From the NCBI GenBank assembly GCA_964016885.1, contig OZ024743.1:28024001-28088000 (forward strand): a DNA stretch of 64,000 nt. Reading direction: 5' to 3'. The translations under genes were made by a program, and so were the position numbers. Source of the stretch: Eledone cirrhosa. Taxonomy: Eukaryota. Position 1 is the first letter of the stretch. Every line of letters begins with the position of its first letter. This document shows positions 27,401 through 41,190 of the stretch, piece by piece. Under the pieces are notes generated by a model. It had not been told where the DNA came from and did not search any database. It saw only the letters and a list, made by a program, of their open reading frames with translations.

Positions 27401-27911
27401 CGTTTCTGAATTTGTTTAGCAAGATTCTTTATCTGAAAACGTGTGTTGAAACCGATATTGTTATACTTTGGGAGGGTCATGTTGCCAATAAGAAACACAC
27501 GCACCAGTTGCTTTCACTTCAATGTATTATAATAAATTTATAAATTTAGGAATTTATAAATTTCCGGTTGGTTGGTTGGGTCCACAACCAGATGGTTGTT
27601 TATATATTGCCAAAGTTCTTTCGTCACACATTCTGTGACCTCTTCAGTGACACAAAAACAAGATGGCGTAGGACAGAACAAAGGAGAGTCACAAAAAACA
27701 AAGAAAAGAATCACCAGTCACTGAAGAGGTCACAGAATGTGTGACGAAAGAACTTTGACAATATATAAACAACCATCTGGTTGTGGAATCAACCAACCAA
27801 CCAGAAATTTATAAATTCCTAAATTTATAAATTTATTATAATAAATTGAAGTGAAAGCAACTGGTGCGTGTGTTTCTTATTGGCAACATGACCCACCCAA
27901 AGTATAACAAT
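27397..27911. mobile_element. Fold-back pLTR element, family A, with two divergent hammerheads
   Basis: ~195-bp inverted arms (27457-27651 and 27717-27911) plus a 60-nt one-sided tail; flanked by (TA)n. Confidence 0.85.
27717..27759 (+). ncRNA. Minimal type I hammerhead ribozyme (mirror copy at 27609-27651, minus strand)
   Basis: GTCA-CTGAAGA-G-GTCACA/TGTGAC-GAA-AGAACT-T-TGAC. Confidence 0.7.
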
Positions 27912-27977
27912 ATATATATATATATATATATATAAATATATATATACATATACATATATATATACATACATTCATAC

Positions 27978-28055
<78 letters not shown>

Positions 28056-28122
28056 AAGGTTTAGCAAATAATGAAAAAGTTTCAAAATAAATTTTAAAAA
28101 ATTAACTTTACCTACTGTAGTT

Positions 28123-28205
28123 ACCTTTACCGATCGGTTTCGAATCCCAAAAATAAACGGGGGCCTTACGGCCTTCGTTGCAAAGAGAGATTCTCGTCAG
28201 AAGGT
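28123..28205 (-). ncRNA. Type I hammerhead ribozyme with extended stem II
   Basis: ACCTT-CTGACGA-GAATCTC..(GGCC GTAA GGCC)..GGGATTC-GAA-ACCGATCGGT (palindrome)-A-AAGGT; fully canonical core and GUA site. Confidence 0.85.
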
Positions 28206-28877
28206 TCTTTTCGTTCGAAGAATATAAAATTCTTGAATTTAAATTACGAACTAGCGCTATTCAAAACTGTTCCGGAGATGAGGGTGAAATGAGGTGGAAT
28301 CAATTTTTTCAAGGGCCGAAGTAAAGATAGAGGCAGAAGGAGGTAGGTCAAACTAGCAGCGGCTATCACTAGCAGCAGTCAGGACGACCAAGTTTGCACT
28401 CAACAAGAGAGGAGTTTAGTAATAATAGGATATGTATTCCTTCACGCACAGACGCAAAGAGACACATGTATTGTCCAACCAAATGCCAATATATATATAT
28501 ATATACATCTATATATATAAATATATACATATATATACATATATATGGTGGCTGCCAACTCGTTTTCGAGTACGGCCACTGCTTTATATCCATGTAAGAG
28601 AACTCCTACCGATGCGCTGAACGAGTGTGACTTTTTAGTCCAGCCAGTGATTTGAAAACTCTGGTACAAACACTACACTTGTGACAATTATTGACACATA
28701 GTGCTGGGCCCATGGTACCATGTGATGACAAGTGCAGAGAGATCTCCAGATATAAAGCAATGCCTGTGCCGTGAAGCTTTTATAGTGTGCAAAGGCACTG
28801 CACAAAGCTAGTCCCACTCTCTTAACCAAGATGATATTTACCAAAAAGAAGAACAAGTCAACATCATTGGATACCAC

Positions 28878-29152
28878 CAGGGTTGCAGGTGTTATATCAG
28901 AGTTTTCCTTCTCCTAGAATTCTGCCTTGACAAAGGCTAAGGGGTCATCTCTCCCGGTGATTTTGGATGGCCATTGACTCTTAAGAGCTCCTTTGCCCTT
29001 TGACAGGTTTTGTTTTTAGTCCTGCAGGATGTCCAACGTCACCCTCCTCACCAAGAAACCTTGGTGGGGTTGCCAGTTTAGTCGCCAACAACCCGATCAT
29101 GGGAGAGGTTGTACTGGGATACATGTTACCAGTAGCACCAACTGGTGACCTG
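28878..29152 (-). mobile_element. Interspersed repeat, probably the 5' end of an RTE-type LINE
   Basis: GACTAAACTGGCAACCCCACC segment; a diverged copy lies at ~36768-36872. Confidence 0.5.
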
Positions 29153-29227
29153 ACATACACATATATACATACATAGATACATACACATACATACATACAT
29201 ACATACATACATACATACATACATACA

Positions 29228-29304
<77 letters not shown>

Positions 29305-29358
29305 GTGGTTACACAACAGTTAGTTCACCATACCGAGAACGATTGTTTCACCTTAGCG

Positions 29359-32300
29359 CAGTGGACGCCAACCTTTCTAAAACCGAGGAACCCTCTAAAT
29401 ATTTTGAATTCTTCACGGAACCTATACAATACGAAACTTTTCAAAAAAAAATAATAAAGTATTTATTTATTTTAGTTTTTCATGCGTGTGTATGTAATCG
29501 AACACAATTAACTAGTGGCTTTTCTGCTGCTGCGCCTCATCAGTGAGTTTAGAAAATCGAGGTTCAACACTAGTTAATGCCAGTATCATACACTCGTCAA
29601 TTGCTAACAGTTTATTCCTCTTCTTTGTGCGAAAACCCTTTTTCGCACAAATAGCTAGATGGGAATAAAGTCAAATATTTCAATGCAAGTTGGCTGATTT
29701 TATTAAACTCCCCAATCAAGAATAATTTGATCCATAGTTCTTTCTTTCTGCTTTCGAATATCACTTTCAGGTCTTCGTTTGAATTCAAATCCATCAACTG
29801 ATGTAAGCATTGTGCAGGTAGTAAATTTTTACAATTTCCAGCGTCACTTTCTGACACTAACTGCTCGATCTCGGTGAACGGGTTTTTTATCCATAAATTT
29901 CCGCTAACAATATCTTTTTCCATCAATGCCAAAATAATCTGAAAAAATTGTGGAGAGCACATTTAAATGAGAAAGAATAATCTTCTTTAGATTGCTGGAG
30001 TCAAAATCTTCTCTCTTTTTAAGCTCTATTTCAAGGTTTGAAGGTAATGAGTAATTGTCCGATTCAATTCTTTTCATAAAGATGTTTAATTTTGATTGAA
30101 AATATGTAATAAAATTGATTGAAGTAAAAATATCTGCATTGTTACTCTGAAGACACTTATTTAGTTTGTTCAGTTCACCAAATATGTCTACTAAATAAGC
30201 GAGTTGCACATTCCATTCATTGGTTTCTAATACACTTGCTCTTTCATCATTCTGTTTTTTTAGAAAAACTATTATTTCTTCTCTCAGTTCAAAAACTCTC
30301 TTCATAGCATCCCCAAAAGACAGCCAACGCACATCATTGTTCAATAACAATCTATTATAATTACTTCCAGAAGATTCACAAATAGATTCAAACATTCTAG
30401 AATTTTTTGCTCTTGCATGGATCAAATTGATAATTTTGACAATGTCTTTCAGCTGGTCATTTAATATTTGAGCATCTCTGTCTTTGAATTTTTCTTAACA
30501 CAAAACCTCTCGATGAATCATACAATGATTTGAAATACAATTTGGGGTCTATTCTTTAATTTTTGCAATCAAACCAGAATTTTTACCAGTCATTGCAGCT
30601 GCTCCATCTGTTGTTATTGAAGTCAACTTGTTCCAAGAGACACCATTTTTTAAAAAATACTCTTCAATTTTATTGAATATATCTTGACCTTTAGTTGTGA
30701 TGTCTAATACCAGACAAAACAAATACTCTTCTACTAATTCTTTTTTATCAAGGTCTACAAACCGTACATAGCAAATTAATTGAGCCTTGTTATTAATATC
30801 CGTAGTTTCGTCCACTTGCAGACCAAAACATGTGCTTTTCTTTAGTGCAGTTAGTATCTGATTTTCTATATCAGAAGAAATATCAATTATCCTTCTTTTT
30901 ACGGTATTTGCTGACAATGGTAACTGGCTTAATTTTCCTTTGCCCTTAATACTGCATCTTTCAAAAAGATTCTCTATAGCAATTTTTATACTTGGCAGAA
31001 TTAACTGTTCTCCTAATGTAAATGGTTTCTTGTTTTTACCAATCAAATGTGAAATCTAAAAAGATGTTCTTGTTAAAGCTTTATTTCTATCTGACTTTTT
31101 ACGAAACAAGTCATACATATTAGCTTGTGATTTTTTAATGTTGTTTTTCAGCGAAGTAAAGTGACTTGTTTTTATCATTGACTTGTTTTTATCATTGGTG
31201 TGGTTAGTATCAAGGTGTCTTTTAAGTTTTGCAGGATTTAAACAGCTATTTGATAGAACTTTTGAACATAGCAAACACATAGGCTGATCTGGTGTATCTT
31301 TTTTAGTGTCAGCTTTTTGAAATCCATATCTAACATAATCATCACACCACTGTCTAACCTTACTGCTGGTATCTAACTTCAGCTTCTTTGCAGTAGACAT
31401 CATATCAATGTTATTTATCTACAGTTAAACTTTTTAATATGACATTAATAAACAAGAGAAATTAACAGTTTTTTTAATTACAAAAAGTACTTAAATTAAC
31501 TTTAATTTTAGATATTTGGAAAAACTTAACTAGTTAAAAAGAAATTTAATTTTTAAAAATTGAAATTTCTCCATTTTAGGATGGCAAACATATTATTTAA
31601 ATATTAAATATTAGAATATTAAAATATTAGGGGTTACTGAAAAAGGTGCAAATTTATAAACAACTAGAAGAAATCTTTTTCAGAGTCCAGCACTTCCTGC
31701 ATATACTACTTTAGGGTCGTATTAAATATTATTGGTAATGTAAATATATTTAAATATCCGCCATACTAAAAAGTGCAAAAAATGCAAATCAGCTGATCGT
31801 GTAGAAGATGTGACGATGGTATTGGAAATTAATTCAGATATCTTCTATCTATTTTGACTCAAAGTTAGATATAATATAAGAAGGCTTTAGGCTGCGTTAA
31901 ACATATATTAGATTGGAACAAATAAAGTTTAGTCAAATGCTTGTGGACATATATATTTATTGTATGAAGTAATTTCTCAATTGTGAATGCAGATGTCATC
32001 AAATGAATACATAATTGTGTGGCAAAGTTTATAGTGTATGCATGGAATGCAACATTACCTTTGTTAGTAGTCGAAACTTTACAGACGTTATATTTTCTGT
32101 ACAAAGTACAACAGAATGTAACGTGTTCTTATTTAGAATTGTCTGTGGAACTGGATGCATGTTGAAAACGACTAGTAAGCGAGTTCACTATGTGAGGAAA
32201 CTTTAGGCGACTTTAAAGCTTTTGTGAGGACAGCAGATTAAAACGTGTTCTCTATTGAAAACATTCTACTGAACTTACGTTGTGAGAACAGCGAACTGAC

Positions 32301-32755
32301 CCTGTCTCTCGGCTGAGAGACCTCGCTGAACTGAAGTTTTCAGTTTAAAGTTATGCTGTCATCGACCAATATTTACTTGTTCGTGATTGGTCAATTTCTA
32401 AGTTCAATTAGTGTATTATCAGTAGTAGTCAAATCCTCGGAATTCAGAAAACTATGTCTTTCCAAGAATTGATGTAAAATTGAAAGTATTCAATTTCCAC
32501 GAATCTCAGAACAGTGTTTTTCTGCTAATTCAAGTGAGAAACTAAAAGTAGTGTTTTCCACAAATTGGAGTGGAGAACCTGTGTACACTACAATAGTACT
32601 CGTTCATTTATACATTGCACCTTTGGCATTTTCTTTGCACCTTTTTCAGAAAACCCAAAATATTAATGGTAATGTAAATATTTATTTTTTTAAGGAACCC
32701 GGAGTTTGTTGTACGGAACCCCAAGGTTCCGCGGAACCCATGTTGGCGACCACTG
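29359..32755 (-). mobile_element. hAT DNA transposon, Charlie/Buster type
   Basis: TIRs CAGTGGACGCCAAC / GTTGGCGACCACTG; perfect 8-bp TSD CCTTAGCG at 29351-29358 and 32756-32763. Confidence 0.95.
29612..31403 (-). pseudogene. hAT (Buster/Charlie) transposase, frameshifted
   Basis: BED finger (PMCLLCSK..KLKRHLDTNH), KPFTLGE, LQVDETTD, ITTDGAAAM, HCMIHR, VRWLS, LAYLVDIF, SYLCEKGFS, spread over four ORFs. Confidence 0.92.
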
Positions 32756-32894
32756 CCTTAGCGAATCCGCTAAGGTGAAACAATCGTCCTCGGTATGGTG
32801 AACTAACTGTTGTGTAACCACTTCTACCTAACTCGTCCCTTGGACTGAGTGCTCTACCACTACGGATATTACCTTCCAGTGTTCCACCACTATA

Positions 32895-32930
<36 letters not shown>

Positions 32931-32933
<3 letters not shown>

Positions 32934-33213
32934 TTAGGGCATCAACATACGTTAAACTTGGTCTTCCACTTCTAGTGTGTTCATGTAGGGGCTCACAAAG
33001 GAGCACTGAGTGCATGTCCAGCTAACCTCAATCTCCTCTGTGTCACATTTGAGCTGACTTTTGGGATGCTCCCATACAGCTCTGAGTTTTTCATCCTAAG
33101 GACAGACACTGGTCTGTTGGAGACGCAGGACATGGCAGCGATAATGAGGGGCAGAGACCGCTGGAGAGTACTCGTCCATGGATCTCGGGAATTTTACCCG
33201 CCTTAGATTAGAT
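32931..33213 (+). mobile_element. RTE-type LINE 3' fragment with 5' inversion
   Basis: Minus-strand 32931-33095 encodes ELYG..RRLRLAGH..GRPSLTYVDALR; plus-strand 33095-33207 continues LRTDTGL..RDRWR; tail TAGATTAGATT. Confidence 0.75.
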
Positions 33214-33293
33214 TATATATATATATACATGTATATATAATATATATATATTTATATATGTATATATACGTATATATAATATATATATATTTA

Positions 33294-33357
<64 letters not shown>

Positions 33358-33400
33358 AAAAGATTCAGGACTCCGACGTCTGAGCTCCGGCCGTATCAAT

Positions 33401-33442
<42 letters not shown>

Positions 33443-33445
<3 letters not shown>

Positions 33446-33770
33446 ATATAAGATCAAAAGATGGTTAAAGGAGTTCCATGTATTTTATTATGCGCATTTC
33501 AAAAACAAACATCATCATGCAATAATATTTGTGTTTTCATCAGATAAAACAGGAGAACATGATATGATGTTCTCCTGTTTTATCTGATGAAAACACAAAT
33601 ATTATTGCATGATGATGTTTGTTTTTGAAATGCGCATAATAAAATACATGGAACTCCTTTAACCATCTTTTGATCTTATATTATGCATACTCCAGTCCTA
33701 CAAACTGTAGAGTGCTTCTTATCCGATATCTGCATTGCTTTATTGTACTACAATAAAACTCACCTCCTAC
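33443..33770. mobile_element. Near-perfect 242-bp palindrome (118-bp arms, 6-nt spacer) plus ~85-nt tail; pLTR-type
   Basis: Arms 33443-33560 and 33567-33684; TA-flanked. Confidence 0.9.
33577..33645 (+). ncRNA. Minimal type I hammerhead ribozyme (mirror copy in left arm)
   Basis: TTTTAT-CTGATGA-AAACACAAATA/TGTTTGTTTTT-GAA-ATGCGCAT (palindrome)-A-ATAAAA. Confidence 0.75.
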
Positions 33771-33790
33771 ATATATATATATATATATAT

Positions 33791-34368
33791 ATTTCGTTTC
33801 TGAATTTGTTTAGCAAGATTCTCTATCTGGAAACGTGTGTTGAAACCGATATTGTTATACTTGCTTTTATTCCAATTTATTATAAATTAAAAAAAATTTT
33901 AAAATAATTTTTTCAAAAGAATTTATAAATTTCCGGTTGGTTTGTTGGTTCCACAACCGGACGGTTGTTTATATATTGTCAAAGTTCTTTCGTCACACAT
34001 TCTGTGACCTCTTCAGTGACTGTGGATTCTTTTCTTCGTTTTGTGCCTCTCCTTATTCTGTCCTACGCCATCTTGTTTTTGTGTGTTTTGTGTGTGTTGA
34101 CAACACGAACAAAAACTGGATGGCGTAGGACAGAACAAAGGAGAGTCACAAAACAAAGAAAAGAATCCCCAGTCACTGAAGAGATCACAGGATGTGTGAC
34201 GAAAGAACTTTGACAATATATGAACAACCGTCCGGTTGTGGAATCAACCAACCAACCGGAAATTTATAAATTCTTTTGAAAAAAAAAAAGAAATTTAATT
34301 TATAATAAATTGGAGTGAAAGCACTGGTGCGTGTATTTCTTATTGGCAACATGACCCTCCCACAGTAT

Positions 34369-34374
<6 letters not shown>
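33791..34374. mobile_element. Second family A fold-back element with two divergent hammerheads
   Basis: Same tail and arms as 27397-27911 but a different central junction; HHR motifs at 33978-34020 (-) and 34172-34214 (+). Confidence 0.85.
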
Positions 34375-34716
<342 letters not shown>

Positions 34717-35153
34717 GCAAAAGTTCTATTTAAAATTGTTGGGATACAACAAGTAAATATTTTATAACTGATATAAAGCACTCGACAAGTTTTTGGAGTA
34801 GATATACGATATTAATAAATGGAAACTATATTTATAAAACCATATTTATTTCATTATACATATTTCAGGGATACCAAATTAAAATATGGTATGCCTTCAT
34901 CAGACAAAATACAATATATAAACAGTTTTATAAATAAATAATTTTGACGTACCCTATTAAATGCAACCATTATTTCCAAAAATAATGGTTGCATTTAATA
35001 GGGTACGTCAAAATTATTTATTTATAAAACTGTTTATATATTGTATTTTGTCTGATGAAGGCATACCATATTTTAATTTGGTATCCCTGAAATATGTATA
35101 ATGAAATAAATATGGTTTTATAAATATAGTTTCCATTTATTAATATCGTATAT
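34717..35153. mobile_element. Family B fold-back element (~174-bp arms, 4-nt spacer, ~85-nt tail)
   Basis: Arms 34802-34975 and 34980-35153. Confidence 0.9.
35044..35108 (+). ncRNA. Minimal type I hammerhead ribozyme (mirror copy in left arm)
   Basis: TATTTTGT-CTGATGA-AGGCATACCA/TGGTATCCCT-GAA-ATATGTAT-A-ATGAAATA. Confidence 0.7.
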
Positions 35154-35334
35154 ATATATATATGTTTGTGTGTATATGTATATATATATAAATGTATATA
35201 TATATATATATAAATGTATATATATAATAAATATTTGCTCTACGGTTCTTATATATTTGATATATATTTATCCTTATCGAGCTCTCTTTGGATTTTAGTC
35301 TTCAAATTTATTATTATTACTATATATATATATA

Positions 35335-35487
35335 TATTAATAAAAGGAATTCCAACTTTGTCTGATTTACTCGTTTTATTTACAATCCTTTAAAATTTAT
35401 GATGGTATGAGAATGGTATTAAAATGTTAAAGGATTGTAAATAAAACGAGTAAATCAGGCAAGGTTGGAATTCCTTTTATTAATATA
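35335..35487. repeat. Inverted repeat (~60-bp arms), probable collapsed fold-back element
   Basis: TATTAATAAAAGGAATTCCAAC...GTTGGAATTCCTTTTATTAATA, next to (TA)n. Confidence 0.75.
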
Positions 35488-35835
35488 ATCTTCTATACAC
35501 AATCATACACACCCGTGTATATTTATCTCTCTCTCTCTCTTTATATATATATATGTATATATATCTATATATATATATAAATGTATATATATATATATAT
35601 GTATATATCTAAATGTAATACAATTATACAATTTCATCTCTAACGAAAATTTAGCAATAGAATAGTCCCAAAATTCGAAAGTCTTAGGGCATCACAAAAT
35701 CACAACAATCCGCCCTTACTCTTTTCTACAGCAAGGACTACAATACTCTAACAGAATATATATTTTATCTCATACACAGATCACATTCTAGTTACACAAT
35801 CTCTTAAAGACACCCAAACATATCTGTAACATTAT

Positions 35836-36031
35836 CAGACCTGCCAACCTCTAAAACATCCAAACGGGGAGTACCATGGGAAAAAGTGCCCCAAAACTGG
35901 GTGAAATGAGTCAAAATGGGGAGATTTTACATAATGAAAGCTATACCCATTTTCTCAACAGAATATATCTCTCACCCACCCCAAAGTGTGTGGGAGATCT
36001 CCCCGTCGGATGGGGAGAGTTGACAAGTCTG
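35836..36031. mobile_element. MITE copy 2 with apparent 6-bp TSD
   Basis: CAGACCTGCCAAC..GTTGACAAGTCTG flanked by CATTAT on both sides. Confidence 0.8.
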
Positions 36032-36874
36032 CATTATATCAACTACCTCAAAACATTACACAATAAGAAAAAAAGCAGTGCCTACTAAATTCACTATCTA
36101 CCTACTTATGAACAACAAAAAAGAAATCAAGGGCAATCAACCATCACATTTATAATAACACATATTAGGAATTATATACAATGACTTTAAAGGCATATGT
36201 AGAAGACATATTGTTCTTGTTTAGCCCAGGATCATACGTATCCAAGCAGGCCTCTCATCAAAGACATTCCAATCAAGTAAAATCTTAACATAGTTTCAGG
36301 GATAGTGTATCTATGTCTATATTAACCAATATGTCCTTCTTTTTTAAAGATGGTACTGTGTGATTAAAGAAACAATTTTTATACTGTTTTAGCAAATCAA
36401 GCAAACACGGAAAGACAAAAGAGTGTTATTTGGGAGGATCTAGTTGATAGTCAAGCTGCATAAAGACCCATTCATCGTTCTCTTAGTGGCTTTTGTACTT
36501 TTGTTTAAGTCTTTTAATTTTCATGTATATGTGAATGCGTCTTTGCAAGTTTGCTGTTACGTGTGAGTTTCTGTATGTTTGTGGGTCCTGTTAATGTGTT
36601 TGTGTATTGTTTGTTTGGGCATGTGTGCGCGTGTGTGAGTACGCTTTCATTTTTATTTTTTTTCCGTGAGAGCATTCGTTGTTAGATGCGTGATTGTGTA
36701 TGTTTTATATTATTTATGTATGTATGTATGTTTTTCATCTCATCGCTTGTCCAAATTATCACACTTCTCACCAAGCAAGCTTGGTGGGGTTGCTGGTTTA
36801 GTCATCAATGGCCTTAACATGTCATAGGTTGTACTGGACTACATATTACCAGTAGCGCTTAAGAGCGACCTGTT

Positions 36875-37013
36875 GTAGGAAAGATCTTTGCAAGCATGCT
36901 TCTGACCGTTTGCCGCACCATGTTGCACCTAACATTCTGCCTGAAACACAATGTGGTTTTCGACCAAACAGAGAGACAACAGATATGGTGCTTACAGCGC
37001 GACAAGTCCAGGA
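36875..37013 (+). pseudogene. RTE-clade RT fragment
   Basis: GKIFASMLL..ILPETQCGFRPNRETTDMVLTARQVQE. Confidence 0.75.
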
Positions 37014-37796
37014 GTATAGATCAATAACACATTACCTCCACCCTATATCTATTCACGTTGGATGTGTTTCTGGGCCCGCATGTTTCATTGCATTTTCCTT
37101 CTTCTATTAGTGGTAATAAACTACTTTTCTCTATTGATTTGTATTAGAAAATTCACTTTGAAATTTGAGGGTTCTATCACAAGAGATGTTCTGAAGGTTA
37201 TTTGATTTAAAGGAGTTTGTGTTTAGGAGTACATTAGTCGAAGTTCTTTTCCTGAACACGAGATTCTTTTCGCTAAATTCAAGGAATACACAAGCAAAAA
37301 TATGAATACAATAGTACATGAATAGTGTATGTCTGCATTTCAAAGCCCATATAAAAGAGGATAATGTTTTCTAAGTAACATGTTGAATATTTCAATCATT
37401 GCATGTCAGCTCACTTCAATCTATATTCATTGGCAATATATTTGCACAAGGAACAGCAGGCATGTTTCTTTTGTCAAGCTACAGGTTACCGCAGCACATT
37501 TTATGTTAAATAGTTTATGGAACTTATGATCGATTAAGGAAAGGAAATGTTTAGCTACAATGTTGTACGGAAAGTTACATAATATAATTTCCCACAGTCT
37601 TTAGGTATGCTTAAAGCTAGATAATGATAGGGGTTTACCCTATACATTCCTGTTATTGGGTTAGTGAAAGTCCCTTTTTATCATACTCTGAGGTTCTGTG
37701 GAAGGTTGCATCGTTGGATAATGCACATATCTTCATAACCGATAAAGTTTATTCAACACTACCGCCAATCTGGAACCGAATTTATGAGACCGTTAT

Positions 37797-37851
<55 letters not shown>

Positions 37852-37878
37852 TACAATATATATATATATACAATGAAT

Positions 37879-37974
<96 letters not shown>

Positions 37975-38054
37975 TGGCAAACCATTCATAAGACTAATTT
38001 ATTTCGGTGTGCAAGAACATTCCTGCCTACATGCATACACAGACATACACATAT

Positions 38055-38207
<153 letters not shown>

Positions 38208-38208
38208 T

Positions 38209-39478
38209 ATAGTAATAATAATAAATTTGAAGACTAAAATCCAAAGAGGGCTCGATAAGGATAAATATATATCAAATATATAAGAACCGTAGAGCAAATA
38301 TTTATTAAAATAACAGATTAAAGTTTAAGCAAAGAATCGCTGCTTTCACCCTTAACGGGATCTTCTGAAACTAACAAAGTCAATCTGTAAACGCAGAACT
38401 GGATATTTCAAAAAACGTTGCAACCGGAGGCGGACAGGAAGACGATACTTTGGTTCGTGGAAACGTTTGCTGGCGAAGAACGGGAAAAAACGAATAATAC
38501 GTCATTAATAGGAGCGGTGAAAAACAATTACGCGCAAGGACAGAACCACGTTTATGGTATAAAAGAGGTCGTAGACTAATGTTCTCTTAGGTGGTGCATA
38601 GAGACGTTCTCTGGCAATGAACGAAAAAACGAAGATAATACGTCATATGTGGAGCGTTGAGAACAATAGCAAGCAAAGACAAAACCACGTAAATGGTATA
38701 GCAGAAGTCGTAGACTAAAATTCTAACTAGGAGACCAAATGAATCTCCGCTACAGAGTTAAGAACAAAGTAAATAAATACAATACAGAAGTAATAGAAAT
38801 AAATAAATGCATACACGCAAACAAATACGTACATACACAAGCATACGCAAAACCTTACCATAGGTATACAAAACCACTCACATATAAACATGTGTGTGTG
38901 TGTATGCGTGTATACAAATAAAAAATTATATAAACGTATATAAATAAATAAATACGTATATAACAAGCGCACACACATACCTACATATAAATACACGAAT
39001 GTTCGGAGACGTAAGTCAACTAAAACAAGAAGTACACATATACACACACCCACCATACGTACGAACCTACATACTCACACAGACGCACAACTCCCATATA
39101 CACATAGCCAAACCCTATGTACCAGAAAATATAAAATTATATGCCATAACAATCAAATATACGTACGAGAAGTTATACGTACCTTCACAAAACATACGGG
39201 TAATATATACTTACCTATGCAAATAAGTAAAGGAATAAACAAAACATATACTTAGCTCCCACATCAAGACGTAAAATATCCACGTATAGATCGTACTATC
39301 CGTTAGGGTATAACGTGGGGCTGTAATACAGGAGAGTTTTGTGCAATTTATGTTTACAAGCCGAAATTGCCTCAGATTTTTTGTTTAAGATGTGGTCTGT
39401 GGCGTAGATTATTTCCAGGGCCTCAGCGGCGCAGAGGTCACATGGTCTTTTATTACCGTTATACGATCTAGCCCTAGC
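38209..39478 (-). mobile_element. PLE 3' fragment (ORF C-terminus + pLTR), family F
   Basis: CDLCAAEALEII..ILNKKSEAISACKH at 39296-39478; internal ~135-bp tandem duplication; degenerate HHR (CAGAAGA..GAAA) at ~38335-38372; same terminus at 35228-35322 and 44380-44858. Confidence 0.75.
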
Positions 39479-39502
39479 TACGTACATATATATATATATA
39501 TA

Positions 39503-40012
39503 TAAACGGAAAAAATGAAACGAAATTTCATTTCCCACTTTTAGTACGGCTGTTACTTAAATATAAGTATGTACACGTACATACATATATGTATACAGAC
39601 GTACTAAGAGTGGGAAATGAAATTTCGTTTCATTTTTTCCGTTTATCGTTTTCGGTGCACCCGGCCGTTTAACCCACTCGATATGCAAATTGGGCTACTC
39701 AGCCGTTAATATGCTTAAGGTAAGTATAAACGTTAAACAATCTGGCAGGAAGGTATACGTTGCTGACGATAGCTAATAAGCTTGAAACTAGTACAGCGTT
39801 CCTTTGTCAGTGTTGAACAAACGAGCAACGATGGTTGCTAGACACTACGGCTTAATACGGGATGTTTGTTTACAAACACACCGAGCATTACAATAAATGT
39901 TCGGTGAATCCATACGTACATATATATATGTGTGCATGTATGTATATATATATATATATATACATACTACTGTACGTCTGTATACATATATGTATGTACG
40001 TGTACATACTTA
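39503..40012 (+). mobile_element. ORF-less hammerhead-bearing circularly permuted unit (family E) with inverted end
   Basis: Inverted repeat 39503-39547 / 39601-39646; homologous to 42045-42670. Confidence 0.8.
39757..39799 (+). ncRNA. Minimal type I hammerhead ribozyme
   Basis: ACGTTG-CTGACGA-T-AGCT AATA AGCT-T-GAA-ACTAGT (palindrome)-A-CAGCGT. Confidence 0.85.
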
Positions 40013-40476
40013 TATATATATGTATATATATACATGTGTGTGTGTGTATGTGTGTGTGTGTGTATACATCACCGATATATGCATCCACATATACAGAGAA
40101 ACACACGTCAGAAAGTATTTCCTTATCATAGCTTTCATGTCATGCGTTATGCGTTGAAAGCAGTGAAATAATTTCACATCAACAGAGCATCCTTATATAA
40201 ATGTTTATGGGTAACTACATGACGACTACACACAGCTGGATATTTTCTAATTGATTTGATATTAATAAGAAACGGATTAGGGAACAGTTCTTGCTTCCAG
40301 GCACAGTTTTGATTCGTTGCATGCAAGCGACCTCTGGTTGAATAAGACATAAGTTGTTGAATCTGATTTAGGCCACACGTCGCAAATAAACTAGCATAGT
40401 AATTATATGTAAATACACACATAGAAATACGTATAAAGACTCAATTATAAAGAAACCAACAAACACAAACACACAG

Positions 40477-40550
<74 letters not shown>

Positions 40551-40803
40551 AATACATACGAACAGATAGAGTTGTGCATCTTTACGTTCGGTATTAACAT
40601 TTAGACATAATTTGATTCGGTTTATACTTACAATTTTTCTTTCAATCTTTCTCTCTCCAGTTTTTGTAGACTCACAGACACGCACACACACATATAGATA
40701 GATTGATAGAGATTGATAGATAGATAGATAGATAGATAGACAGGCAGACAGACAGACAGACAGACAGATAGATAGATAGACAGATAGATAGATACATAGA
40801 TAG

Positions 40804-40850
<47 letters not shown>

Positions 40851-40854
40851 TGTA

Positions 40855-41190
40855 AAGGTGCATGGCTTAGTGGTTAGAGCATTGGGCTTGCAAACGAAGT
40901 GTTGTGAGTTCGATTCTCGGACCGGGAGATGTGTTGTGTCTTTGAGCAAGGCACTTTATTTCACGTTGCTTCAGTTTACTCAGCTGTAGAAATGAGTTGC
41001 GACGTCACTGGTGTCAAGCTGTATCCGCCATTTCCCTTGCCTTGGAAAACAACTGGGCGTGGAGAGAGGAGACTCGTATGCATGGGCGACTGTTGGTCTT
41101 CCACAAACAATCTTGCTCGGACTTGTGTCTCGGAGGGAAACTTTCTAGGTGCAAATCCATGGTCATTCGGGACCGAAGGGTGTCTTTACC

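Larger units (their letters stand above)
29299..32892. mobile_element. Fold-back pLTR element (family D) split at its apex by a hAT insertion
   Basis: 29299-29358 is the reverse complement of ~32768-32827; a ~65-nt tail runs to (TA)n. Confidence 0.85.

Noticed and set aside
40860-40930. tRNA-like sequence
   Set aside because: No proper acceptor stem, and it continues into a SINE body.
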